From an uncultured virus (IMG/VR IMGVR_UViG_3300025466_000001) (Duplodnaviria > Heunggongvirae > Uroviricota > Caudoviricetes), in the IMG/VR virus record IMGVR_UViG_3300025466_000001: a DNA stretch of 64,000 bases; one strand, 5' to 3'. This document shows positions 46,983 to 56,421 of the stretch, piece by piece (position 1 is the first letter of the stretch; each line of letters begins with the position of its first letter). The notes below the pieces were generated by a model. It was not told the DNA's origin. It saw nothing but the letters and a program-made list of their open reading frames with translations, and ran no database searches. Both the position numbers and the translations under genes were made by a program.

Positions 46983-47014
46983 AAAAAAACCCCCGGGCGT
47001 TTTAAGTCCGGGGG
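46981..47014 (-). terminator. Intrinsic terminator (U-tract on - strand)
   Basis: CCCCCGG..CCGGGGG stem followed by T9 on -. Confidence 0.8.
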
Positions 47015-47066
47015 CACAACTCACGTAACCGATGGCACAACGAAAGGAGAAGTAAAACCACCGGTA
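46982..47066 (-). ncRNA. Candidate ~85-nt anti-RBS small RNA
   Basis: Promoter TTTACA-17-TACAAT, 5' hairpin with anti-SD loop, terminator. Confidence 0.65.
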
Positions 47067-47072
47067 AGAAGA

Positions 47073-47150
47073 ATTGTAAAGTTTTGGCTGCGGATTGTAA
47101 AGTTAAGCCCCGATAATTGTAAAAAAAGAAAATGTGTAATAAAATACACA
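47073..47150. promoter_or_regulatory. Divergent overlapping promoters built from 3x ATTGTAAA
   Basis: - strand TTTACA-17/18-TACAAT twice; + strand TTGTAA-17-TAAAAT; TGTGTA-N6-TACACA over the -10. Confidence 0.6.
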
Positions 47151-47188
47151 AAATCGCGGATTCCCCCGCGCAACAGAAAGGGTTTTAT

Positions 47189-47812
47189 TTGATCTTAGAT
47201 CATTTAGTTTCAGCTGCAGCCGCTGACTTCGCTCCGGAAACACTACCGGACGGGGATTTGTTCGTCCCTGTAAAAGACCTATCTGTAAAAGAAACCATAG
47301 ATGCGCAGGTAAACACTGCCGACTGGCTCAAATCTATTACCGAAGATGACGACGAGGTACTAGACCGCGCCCAAGAACAACGTGTAGGCGAAGCATTCGG
47401 TGCGCTAATCACGCAAAGCCCTGATACAAAAGAAAGATTCCTAGAGCTTGAGCTCCCAGAAGAAGTAAAGTCTGCCGTTTCCATGGTGACTGCCTATCAA
47501 TGGAAGTTTGTAGAGCAAGCACAAGAGCTACGAAGCATGAGCGTAGCCAAGATTGTTAAAGAAACCGACCACCCAGATGCAAGAATACGCTTAAAGGCGT
47601 TGGAATTGTTGGGAAAAGTCACAGAAGTTGCCCTGTTTACGGACAGAGTTGAAGTTAAGAAGACTGAACTAAGTGATGAAGAGTTGGAAAAACAAATTAA
47701 AAAGAAACTTGAGAAGTACATGGGCGTGGTTGAGGTAACTGAGATTAAAGAAGAAGACATTGAGGACGTGGGAATAGTGAAAGTCATCAAAGCTGAGCCC
47801 CGCGACGAATGA
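47189..47812 (+). CDS. terS: Putative terminase small subunit (TTG start)
   Basis: Directly upstream of terL; RLKALELLGK motif. Confidence 0.65.
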   Translation: MILDHLVSAAAADFAPETLPDGDLFVPVKDLSVKETIDAQVNTADWLKSITEDDDEVLDRAQEQRVGEAFGALITQSPDTKERFLELELPEEVKSAVSMVTAYQWKFVEQAQELRSMSVAKIVKETDHPDARIRLKALELLGKVTEVALFTDRVEVKKTELSDEELEKQIKKKLEKYMGVVEVTEIKEEDIEDVGIVKVIKAEPRDE

Positions 47813-49329
47813 AAACAGAAAGTCTAAGCCCAGAAGAAGCAATGGCTGCCAGAATGGCACTAAAAGATATGACGACTGTGGAAAAAGCGGCTTTCCTAGA
47901 AGAATTAAACGAAAAAGAACGCCGTGCCCAGCTAAAAAAAGCACAAGACGACCCAATTGAGTTTGCCAAGTACGTGTATCCGGGTTTCAAAGTGGGGCCC
48001 CACCACCGCAAGCTAGCTAAAATCTTCGAGGACGTCATTGCGGGGAAGAAAAAGCGCGTAATCATAAACATTGCACCACGTATGGGCAAATCAGAATTTT
48101 CGTCCTACCTCTTTCCGGCATACTTCCTAGGTAAATACCCTGACAAAAAGATTATTATGGCGACCCACACTGCTGGCTTGTCAGAAGACTTTGGTCGTAG
48201 GGTACGAAACCTAATTGATGGAGAAGATTACCATGAAGTATTTCCCGGAACCGTTGTTGCTGATGATCAAAAAGCCGCTGGTAAGTGGAGTACTGGTGCC
48301 GGCGGCCAGTATTATGCTGTGGGTGTCGGGGGTGCTCTTGCCGGACGAGGCGCTGACCTTTTTGTTATTGACGACCCTCACTCTGAGCAAGATATAAAAG
48401 CAAACAGCCGAGCCACGTTTGATAATGCGTGGTCTTGGTTTCAGACTGGCCCGTTGCAGCGTTTGATGCCGGGTGGTGCGATTATTGTCATTATGACAAG
48501 GTGGTCGCTTGTTGATTTGACTGGCCGGTTGGTGAACTTCACCATACAAAATCCCGAAGCAGAACCATGGGAGGTAGTAGAGCTGCCAGCCATCATGCCA
48601 AACGGGAAAAGTCTGTGGCCTGAGCAGTGGCCTCTAGAACAGTTAGAAGCTAAAAGACTTCAGATGGACCCACGGTACTGGAACGCCCAGTACATGCAGA
48701 ACCCCACCGGGGATACAAGCGCCCTGATAAAACGAAGCGACTGGAAAATCTGGGAACACGAAGACCCACCGACAGTCGAGTACGTCATCCAGTCTTGGGA
48801 TACGGCGTTTGAAACAAAAACCACATCTGACTATTCCGCATGCACAACATGGGGGGTTTGGTACAACGAAGAAGATAACAATTCACCCAATCTAATTTTG
48901 TTAGATGCGTTCAAAGACCGGATGGCGTTCCCAGAATTAAAGGCTGTTGCACTGAAGCATTATCAAGAATGGAAACCAGATGCGTGTATCATTGAGAAAA
49001 AAGCGTCGGGTGGCCCGTTAATACAAGAGCTGCGCAGAATGGGGATTCCGATTCAAGAGTTTACACCTAGCCGTGGCAACGATAAAATAGCTAGACTTAA
49101 TGCGGTTTCTGACTTATTTGCGTCCGGCCGTGTTTGGATACCGGATAGGCGTTGGGCTAAAGACGTTGTGGAAGAAGTAGCAGCATTCCCTGTAGGCGAG
49201 CACGATGACTATGTGGATACGACAACGCAAGCATTACTGCGCTATAGACAGGGCGGATTTGTTAATTTAAATACGGACGAGCAAGACGACTTGACGTACA
49301 AGTATAGAAGAAGAGCAGCATACTACTAA
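47809..49329 (+). CDS. terL: Terminase large subunit
   Basis: APRMGKS, IDDP, MTRW, WDTA, HDDYVD. Confidence 0.95.
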   Translation: MKTESLSPEEAMAARMALKDMTTVEKAAFLEELNEKERRAQLKKAQDDPIEFAKYVYPGFKVGPHHRKLAKIFEDVIAGKKKRVIINIAPRMGKSEFSSYLFPAYFLGKYPDKKIIMATHTAGLSEDFGRRVRNLIDGEDYHEVFPGTVVADDQKAAGKWSTGAGGQYYAVGVGGALAGRGADLFVIDDPHSEQDIKANSRATFDNAWSWFQTGPLQRLMPGGAIIVIMTRWSLVDLTGRLVNFTIQNPEAEPWEVVELPAIMPNGKSLWPEQWPLEQLEAKRLQMDPRYWNAQYMQNPTGDTSALIKRSDWKIWEHEDPPTVEYVIQSWDTAFETKTTSDYSACTTWGVWYNEEDNNSPNLILLDAFKDRMAFPELKAVALKHYQEWKPDACIIEKKASGGPLIQELRRMGIPIQEFTPSRGNDKIARLNAVSDLFASGRVWIPDRRWAKDVVEEVAAFPVGEHDDYVDTTTQALLRYRQGGFVNLNTDEQDDLTYKYRRRAAYY

Positions 49330-49338
49330 GGAATAAAG

Positions 49339-51846
49339 ATGGCAATTGATAAGGGTTTATACCAAGCACCAAAGGGTATTCAAGAACTGGCAGACAACAT
49401 GGAGCCAGATATTACTGTTGAAGTTGAAGACCCAGAAGCCGTGCATATCAATGCCGATGGCTTTGAGTTAGATATTGAAAAGATGGACGAAGAAGATGGT
49501 TCGCCAGAATTTAACGCCAACTTAGCTGAAGACATGGATGAAGGGGAACTGACTTCCCTAGCAGCAGAATTAGCACACGATATTGATAACGATTTAAACT
49601 CCCGCAAAGATTGGGAGAAGATGTATAAAGACGGTATTACTCTGCTTGGCTTGAAGTTTGAAGAAAGAGTAGAACCATGGGACGGCGCTTGTGGCGTGTT
49701 CCATCCGATGATTACCGAAGCCGTGGTGCGTTTTCAAGCTGAAGCAATCATGGAGACTTTTCCTGCAGCTGGTCCAGTACGTACCCAGATTATCGGTAAA
49801 GAGACTCGTGACAAAGTAGAAGCAGCGCAACGTGTTGAGCAAGATATGAACTATCAGCTCACAGAAAAAATGCCTGAGTTCCGTAACGAGCATGAAAGAA
49901 TGCTGTGGAATTTACCATCTGCCGGTTCCGCATTTAAGAAAGTCTACTACGATCCAAACTTAGGTCGTCAAGTTTCTATCTTTATTCCAGCAGAAGACAT
50001 CATGCTCCCATACGGAGCTAGTGAAATTGCGTCATGCCATCGTGTAACACATCGCATGCGCAAGACAAAGAATGACCTGATTAAACTTCAGAACGCTGGG
50101 TTCTACCGTGACATTGAGTTAGGTGAGCCAGAAAAGTTTCAAACAGAAATTCAGGAGAAGAAAGACAAAGAGACCGGGTTTACGGCAACGTATGATGACC
50201 GCTTTGAGTTATATGAAGCGCACGTTGACCTTGATTTACCCGGATATGAAGACTTAGGGGATGACGGCGAACCAACAGGTATTGCGCTCCCGTACGTCGT
50301 AACGATGATTCGAGGTACCAATGAAATTCTTGCAATTCGTAGAAACTGGAAAGAGGAAGATCCGCTCTGCCTTAAACGCCAGCATTTTGTTCATTATCAA
50401 TATATCCCCGGATATGGAGCTTATGGTTTTGGTCTTTTCCATCTTATTGGTGGTTTTGCTAAGTCCGCAACTTCTATCCTCAGACAGCTGGTTGATGCGG
50501 GTACTCTTTCCAATTTACCGGGTGGCTTAAAGTCACGTGGTCTTCGCATTAAAGGCGACGACACGCCAATCGCACCGGGTGAGTTTAGAGACGTTGATGT
50601 AGGCTCTGGCACCATTAGAGACAACATCCTCCCGTTGCCATACAAAGAACCATCAGCAGTTTTAGCTGGCTTGATGGATAAAATCATTGAAGAAGGTCGT
50701 CGTTTTGCGGCTACTTCCGATATGCAAATCTCTGATATGAGTGCTAACGCACCTGTTGGAACAACGCTTGCAATTCTGGAAAGAACCTTGAAGGTGATGT
50801 CTGCCGTTCAAGCTCGAGTACACTACGCCTTAAGACAAGAACTCAAGCTGCTTGCCGGTATTATTAGAGATTACACTGATGATGACTACAACTACCAGCC
50901 AGAAAGCGGCGACATCTACGTCAAAAAGTCCGACTACAGTCATGTGGACGTGTTACCTGTATCCGACCCTAATGCGGCCACCTTATCTCAGAGAGTGGTC
51001 CAGTACCAAGCTGTTATCCAGTTGGCGCAGAGTGCACCCCAGATTTATAACCTTCCCGAGTTGCACAGGCAGATGCTTGACGTTCTTGGAATTAAAAACG
51101 CCGACAAATTGGTGCCTTTGGAGGATGACCAAAAGCCAAAAGACCCAGTTACAGAAAATATGAACGTGCTAAAGGGCACTCCACTCAAGGCATTTATTTT
51201 CCAAGACCACGAAGCGCATATTGCTGTTCATCAATCTATGATGACAGACCCAATCGTTCAACAGCTTATCGGCCAAAACCCACAAGCAAACATGATTGTT
51301 CAAGCGCTTCAGTCTCACCTTGCTGAACACGTTGGCTTTGCATACCGTCAAAAAATCGAAGAGCGTTTGGGTATTGCCCTACCTTCTCCAGATGATGAGA
51401 TGCCAGAAGCAATGGAAAAAGAAGTTAGCCGTCTCATGGCTCAAGCTGCTCCACAAGTATTGGCACAAAGCAAAGCGCTCATGGCTCAACAACAAGCTCA
51501 GCAAAACGCACAAGACCCTGTACTACAGATGCAAATGCAAGAACTCCAGCTCAAGAAGCAGGATGTCGACGCTAAAGCACAGAAAGTTCAGAGCGATGCA
51601 CAAGCTAAAGCACAAGAGTTGCAGCTCAAACAAATGGAATACCAACTCAAGAAACTTGAAGTTGAAGCCAAGATTAAGCAAGATGGTATGAAAGCTGGCG
51701 CTGAAGTAGCGGTTAAGAAAGCTCAAATTACCGAAGGCTTGGCTCGCTCCAAGGAAGCAGGTATGCGTGTTAAACAAGACGGCTTAGCATTAGGTGCCGA
51801 CATAGCAATGAAACGATTACAGTCCAAAAAACCTAAAGGAGAATAA
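49339..51846 (+). CDS. Portal protein
   Basis: 835 aa after terL; GSAFKKVYYD; Q-rich coiled-coil barrel. Confidence 0.85.
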   Translation: MAIDKGLYQAPKGIQELADNMEPDITVEVEDPEAVHINADGFELDIEKMDEEDGSPEFNANLAEDMDEGELTSLAAELAHDIDNDLNSRKDWEKMYKDGITLLGLKFEERVEPWDGACGVFHPMITEAVVRFQAEAIMETFPAAGPVRTQIIGKETRDKVEAAQRVEQDMNYQLTEKMPEFRNEHERMLWNLPSAGSAFKKVYYDPNLGRQVSIFIPAEDIMLPYGASEIASCHRVTHRMRKTKNDLIKLQNAGFYRDIELGEPEKFQTEIQEKKDKETGFTATYDDRFELYEAHVDLDLPGYEDLGDDGEPTGIALPYVVTMIRGTNEILAIRRNWKEEDPLCLKRQHFVHYQYIPGYGAYGFGLFHLIGGFAKSATSILRQLVDAGTLSNLPGGLKSRGLRIKGDDTPIAPGEFRDVDVGSGTIRDNILPLPYKEPSAVLAGLMDKIIEEGRRFAATSDMQISDMSANAPVGTTLAILERTLKVMSAVQARVHYALRQELKLLAGIIRDYTDDDYNYQPESGDIYVKKSDYSHVDVLPVSDPNAATLSQRVVQYQAVIQLAQSAPQIYNLPELHRQMLDVLGIKNADKLVPLEDDQKPKDPVTENMNVLKGTPLKAFIFQDHEAHIAVHQSMMTDPIVQQLIGQNPQANMIVQALQSHLAEHVGFAYRQKIEERLGIALPSPDDEMPEAMEKEVSRLMAQAAPQVLAQSKALMAQQQAQQNAQDPVLQMQMQELQLKKQDVDAKAQKVQSDAQAKAQELQLKQMEYQLKKLEVEAKIKQDGMKAGAEVAVKKAQITEGLARSKEAGMRVKQDGLALGADIAMKRLQSKKPKGE

Positions 51847-51851
51847 TCCAA

Positions 51852-52064
51852 GTGATTGACCTACTAACGGCTGATTTCATAGCCGCCATGCGTGACAAGT
51901 TGCGCACAGATATGAATAACTACACTGACGATTTGGCAAATGGTCAGTGCACAAGTTTTGAGCAGTACAAAGAGCTCTGCGGCGTGATTCGAGGCCTAGC
52001 GTTTGCAGAGCGCCACTTACTTGACCTCGCTGAGTATTTACAGAAAGAAGATGACGATGAGTGA
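51852..52064 (+). CDS. Small head-region protein
   Basis: YKELCGVIRGL motif; position. Confidence 0.7.
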   Translation: MIDLLTADFIAAMRDKLRTDMNNYTDDLANGQCTSFEQYKELCGVIRGLAFAERHLLDLAEYLQKEDDDE

Positions 52065-52506
52065 TACCATCGCTTTACCCTCACAGGAGTTAATCCTCCC
52101 ACCGGGCGTAGTACCAACGAAAGCCAATGCACCGACTGAAGAAGAGTTGGAAAACATGGACGCTATCGAAAAAGCAACGCAAATGCCGCAGCCATCAGGA
52201 CATAAGATTCTTTGTGCCTTGGTAGATGCAACCGATAAGTTCGACAGTGGGATTCTTAAAGCGGATGAAACAAAAATGGTTGAGGAATTAACTTCCCCAG
52301 TCTTGTTTGTTATTCGCCTAGGTGTCTCAGCGTATAAAGATAAAGATCGTTTTCCTGACGGGCCTTGGTGCCAAGAAGGTGATTTTATTTTGACCCGCCC
52401 GTATACCGGCACTCGAATCAAGATTCACGGCAAGGAATTTCGCATTATCAACGACGACCAAGTCGACGGTACTGTGATGGACCCCCGTGGCATTTCCCGC
52501 GTTTAA
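52057..52506 (+). CDS. groES: GroES-like co-chaperonin
   Basis: PSGHKIL, GD..L..Y.GT..KIHGKEFRIINDD. Confidence 0.8.
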   Translation: MSDTIALPSQELILPPGVVPTKANAPTEEELENMDAIEKATQMPQPSGHKILCALVDATDKFDSGILKADETKMVEELTSPVLFVIRLGVSAYKDKDRFPDGPWCQEGDFILTRPYTGTRIKIHGKEFRIINDDQVDGTVMDPRGISRV

Positions 52507-52518
52507 TAAGGAGCTACC

Positions 52519-53481
52519 ATGGCTGAACAATTTCAATTTCCAGATGAAGCAGGCACCGACGGTGCTGAGTTTAAGGAAGAGTTACACGTAACAACAGAAG
52601 GCGATGAGGCCGAAATTGTTATCGAAGACGATACTCCTGAACGTGACCGTAGAGCGCAACCACTAGATCGTGAAGTCCAAGACCCTTCAGACGAAGAGAT
52701 TGAGGGCTACACTAAAGGTGTCCAATCAAGAATCAAAGAACTAACCCACGCACGTCACGATGAGCGTCGGGCTAAAGAAGCAGTGTTACGTGAGAAGCAA
52801 GAACTCGAGCGTTTAACAAAGCAGATTCTTGAAGAGAACCGCAGACTTAAAGAGCGTGTAAATACCGGCGAGTCTAATCATGCCGAAGTATTAAAAGCAA
52901 AAGCTGAAGCTGACATGGAGATGGCACGTCGCCGCTACAAAGAAGCTGAAGAATCCTATGATGCTGATGCAAAGTTGGAAGCCCAAGAAGCATTGACCGA
53001 AGCTAAGATGCGTTTAGAAGCGGTGAAAAATTTTAGGCCTACCCCTTTACAAACAACTGAAAAGGATGTAACAATACAACCAACAGCACAAGCTGTCCCA
53101 AAACCAGACGAAAGAACCCTGCGCTGGCAGGCAAAAAACCAGTGGTTTGGACAACCGGGATATGAAGAGTTGACAGCCTTCGCGCTTGGACTGCACCAAA
53201 AGCTTGTCTCTACGGGTATTGACCCGCGCAGTGATGATTACTTCGAGAGAATCGACTCTCGCTTAAAGACGGTATTCCCAGAAGTTTTTGAAGAAGCCGC
53301 TAGCCAAAAAACGGAACCTGCTAAAAAGCCTGCAACAGTTGTGGCTTCAGCTTCTCGTTCAACGGGAGCGAAGAAGTCCGTAACGCTCACAAAATCCCAA
53401 GCAGCTTTGGCTGACAAACTTGGAATCCCACGTGAATTGTATGCTAAGGAATTTTTAAAACAGGAGGCCCGCAATGGCTAA
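52519..53481 (+). CDS. Putative scaffolding protein
   Basis: Acidic coiled coil; C-terminal LADKLGI..ELYAK; upstream of capsid. Confidence 0.65.
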   Translation: MAEQFQFPDEAGTDGAEFKEELHVTTEGDEAEIVIEDDTPERDRRAQPLDREVQDPSDEEIEGYTKGVQSRIKELTHARHDERRAKEAVLREKQELERLTKQILEENRRLKERVNTGESNHAEVLKAKAEADMEMARRRYKEAEESYDADAKLEAQEALTEAKMRLEAVKNFRPTPLQTTEKDVTIQPTAQAVPKPDERTLRWQAKNQWFGQPGYEELTAFALGLHQKLVSTGIDPRSDDYFERIDSRLKTVFPEVFEEAASQKTEPAKKPATVVASASRSTGAKKSVTLTKSQAALADKLGIPRELYAKEFLKQEARNG

Positions 53482-53926
53482 TAGTCGTACACCCCGTGAA
53501 ATTGACACACGTGAAAAAAGTCAAGCTCGTGCAGTTTATCAACCTGCAGCAACTTTACCTACCCCAGCTCCCCAAGACGGATATATGTTCCACTGGGTAG
53601 CTACCCATGTGAATGGTCAAGCCGTTCCAACAAACGTGTCACAAAAGTTCCGTGACGGTTACGAGCCTTGCAAGGCGGCGGACCACCCAGAACTGATGTT
53701 ACCGGGGAATGCGGAAGGTAACATTGAAGTAGGCGGATTGATGCTCTGTAAGATTCTTGAAGAGCGTTACCATGCACGAAAAGAGTATTACGAGAAGCAA
53801 GCACAAGACCAAATGAATTCGGTGGATAACCATTTCATGCGGAATAACGATGCCCGTATGCCATTATTCTCAGAGCGTAAAAGCACTGTGAGCCGTGGTA
53901 GCGGGTTTGGAAACGGTTCAAAATAA
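53474..53926 (+). CDS. Conserved head-region protein
   Basis: IEVGGLMLCKI motif; position. Confidence 0.65.
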   Translation: MANSRTPREIDTREKSQARAVYQPAATLPTPAPQDGYMFHWVATHVNGQAVPTNVSQKFRDGYEPCKAADHPELMLPGNAEGNIEVGGLMLCKILEERYHARKEYYEKQAQDQMNSVDNHFMRNNDARMPLFSERKSTVSRGSGFGNGSK

Positions 53927-53939
53927 ATAGGAGCTTTTT

Positions 53940-54596
53940 ATGAGCACAGTATCGGCCCCGTACGGGCTTAAACCGATTAGTTTGATCGGCGGTCAATCCT
54001 TTACTGGCGGAACAATCCGTGAGTATTTGTTGACTACAAACAATACAGCGCCAATCTACACCGGCGACTTAGTGCAGTTAGGTGCATCCGTAGCAGGACA
54101 ACCTACTGTTGTTACAGCAACCCCAACTACTAGCACTGCTGGTATCGCTGGTGTTTGCGTTGGCGTTCGCTATCAGTTATCTGGTCAGCAACTTGGCTAT
54201 CCTTTGTATGCAGAGTATTTACCTGCAAACGCTGTGACTGCTGGTTACACCAACATTTTCATCCGCGTAGTAGAAGACCCAGATCAGTTGTACCAAGTAC
54301 AATCTTTGGGCTCTGTAGGTTACGGCTCTATCGGTAAGACAGTTGCTTTGGCAAACTTCACTGCTGGTACAGGCTCTACAACTGGTAACAGCACTTCTGG
54401 TAACTCAGTTGTTGCATTGTCAGCTACTATTGCTAACACAAACGCGCTTGCTGTTAAGATCGTTGACTTGGTTAACTCCAGCTCTACTTTCGGCGGCAAC
54501 TTCCCATCTAACCCCGGTGATGCTTATACCGACTGTATCGTTAAATTGAACTTTGGCGTACATCAGTATTATCAATCTGCTGGTACAGCTAACTAA
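53940..54596 (+). CDS. Putative capsid decoration/minor capsid protein
   Basis: APYGLKP, IYTGDLV; beta-rich; precedes MCP. Confidence 0.6.
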   Translation: MSTVSAPYGLKPISLIGGQSFTGGTIREYLLTTNNTAPIYTGDLVQLGASVAGQPTVVTATPTTSTAGIAGVCVGVRYQLSGQQLGYPLYAEYLPANAVTAGYTNIFIRVVEDPDQLYQVQSLGSVGYGSIGKTVALANFTAGTGSTTGNSTSGNSVVALSATIANTNALAVKIVDLVNSSSTFGGNFPSNPGDAYTDCIVKLNFGVHQYYQSAGTAN

Positions 54597-54609
54597 TAAG
54601 GAGCTATAA

Positions 54610-55521
54610 ATGGCTATTTCACGTTCACAACTCCTAAAAGAGTTACTCCCGGGTCTAAACGCTTTGTTTGGTTTAGAGTACAAGCGCTATGGCGAAGAGC
54701 ATAAAGAGCTCTACGAAACAGAAACTTCTGAGCGTTCATTCGAAGAAGAAACAAAACTGTCTGGTTTCTCGGCTGCTCCAGTCAAGAACGAAGGCGGTGC
54801 AATTTCTTACGATAATGCACAAGAAGCTTTCACAGCTCGCTACTCACACGAAACCATCGCTTTAGGTTTCTCAATCACTGAAGAAGCGATTGAAGATAAC
54901 TTGTATGACTCTTTGTCTGCTCGTTACACTAAAGCATTGGCTCGCGCTATGGCTTACACCAAGCAAGTTAAAGCAGCTTCTGTATTGAATAACGGTTTCT
55001 CTGGTAGCTACGTAGGTGGCGACGGTCAACCATTGTTCTCTGCTTCACACCCATTGGTTAACGGCGGTACAAACAGCAACGTTCCTCCTACATCAGTTGA
55101 CTTGAATGAGACTTCTTTGGAAGCCGCTACAATTCAAATCGCTGCTTGGACAGACGAGCGTGGTCTCTTGATCGCTGCTAAACCACGCAAGTTGGTAATC
55201 CCACCAGCATTGATGTTCGTTGCAACTCGTTTGCTTGAGACTAACCTCCGTGTTGGTACCAACAACAACGATATCAACGCCATCAAAAACAATGGTACCG
55301 TTCCAGAAGGTTACACAGTTAACCACTTCTTGACCGACACAAACGCTTGGTTCTTGTTGACCGACGTTCCAAACGGCTTGAAGCACTTTGAGCGTACACC
55401 ATTGCAAAACAGCATGGACGGCGACTTCGACACAGGTAACGTACGTTACAAGTCTCGTGAGCGTTACAGCTTCGGTTGGTCTGATCCACTCGGCGCTTGG
55501 GGCTCTGCAGGTTCATTCTAA
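54610..55521 (+). CDS. Major capsid protein (HK97 fold, Mu gpT-like)
   Basis: MAISRSQLLKELLPGL, DGQPLFSASHP, RYSFGWSD; strong codon bias; followed by terminator. Confidence 0.9.
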   Translation: MAISRSQLLKELLPGLNALFGLEYKRYGEEHKELYETETSERSFEEETKLSGFSAAPVKNEGGAISYDNAQEAFTARYSHETIALGFSITEEAIEDNLYDSLSARYTKALARAMAYTKQVKAASVLNNGFSGSYVGGDGQPLFSASHPLVNGGTNSNVPPTSVDLNETSLEAATIQIAAWTDERGLLIAAKPRKLVIPPALMFVATRLLETNLRVGTNNNDINAIKNNGTVPEGYTVNHFLTDTNAWFLLTDVPNGLKHFERTPLQNSMDGDFDTGNVRYKSRERYSFGWSDPLGAWGSAGSF

Positions 55522-55537
55522 TCTGAATGTTCCTAAT

Positions 55538-55569
55538 AAAAAACCCAGCTCACAAGGCTGGGTTTTTTT
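55538..55569. terminator. Bidirectional intrinsic terminator
   Basis: A6-CCCAGC-loop-GCTGGG-T7. Confidence 0.85.
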
Positions 55570-55900
55570 CATTGTAGTGGTGTATTCGGTGGCAGTTAGC
55601 GCATAGAACAATGCACTTTTTTATTTCTTCATAGGCTTTTTTAAACTGTCCATTACTAACTAAATTGCTTACTACGTTTTCTTTTTGGGTAGGGTCTTCG
55701 TGGTGAAAATCTAACGCCGCTGGGTGAGAAAAATCGCATTTTGCACATTTAAGTGTGCATTTAAATGTATCCCATTCTTTCTTTAATTCTTTCCTTCTAA
55801 TGTTTATTTGCTCTCGACGTTCGGCATATTTGCCTAAATACTGCTTACGGCTGTACTCCGCATGTTTGGCTTTTTTTACGTTCGCGTCTTTGTACGGCAT
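55550..55900 (-). CDS. HNH endonuclease, antisense to the late operon (start MPYKD)
   Basis: CAKC...ALDFHH...CIVLCANCHRIHH. Confidence 0.85.
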   Translation of the reverse strand: MPYKDANVKKAKHAEYSRKQYLGKYAERREQINIRRKELKKEWDTFKCTLKCAKCDFSHPAALDFHHEDPTQKENVVSNLVSNGQFKKAYEEIKKCIVLCANCHRIHHYNEKNPAL

Positions 55901-56333
55901 CTGGGTGGACCTTATATTTCCAATAGATTGCGTTGCGAAAGCCCCATGGTTGTCCGGGCTGATAAATTTTGAAACCCGCACTGATTAACGAGTTCGATGA
56001 CGCAGGATTTTTTGTTGTATCGGTGATTAACCAATTCCATCCTAACTTCCTAGCTTGTTTGATTCTTGCAGATATTAATCTCTTTTGTAAGCCGTGTCCA
56101 GTAAAGCCATCCATTACACCTGCTCTACATAAGTAACCTGTATCTGTCCATTTGATCGAGCGGACCATACCCGCAAAAGCGACAGGCTTTCCATCCTCCG
56201 CATACGCAATCCACCAATGACCCCTGTCCGGTTGGTACGGCGTATCCGCCGGAAGTATTTTCTTTTGTAGAAAAAGTAGTGTGGTTTGAACTGACGGGAC
56301 TCTGATGTCCACTTTTTTTATTGTAAATTTCAT
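55845..56333 (-). CDS. GNAT acetyltransferase, antisense to the late operon
   Basis: YLCRAGV...GHGLQKRLI, N.AS.NSL...GF. Confidence 0.8.
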   Translation of the reverse strand: MKFTIKKVDIRVPSVQTTLLFLQKKILPADTPYQPDRGHWWIAYAEDGKPVAFAGMVRSIKWTDTGYLCRAGVMDGFTGHGLQKRLISARIKQARKLGWNWLITDTTKNPASSNSLISAGFKIYQPGQPWGFRNAIYWKYKVHPDAVQRRERKKSQTCGVQP

Positions 56334-56421
56334 TACCCATAGTCCCCCAAAAAGTTACCTGTTTTCTCTCATTTTACTGAAAAATCCTTGCACAAAAATT
56401 AAAAAAGAGTAAACTAGCACT

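Noticed and set aside
52057..52506. GroES without GroEL as a novelty
   Set aside because: Phage co-chaperonins using host GroEL are well known (T4 gp31)
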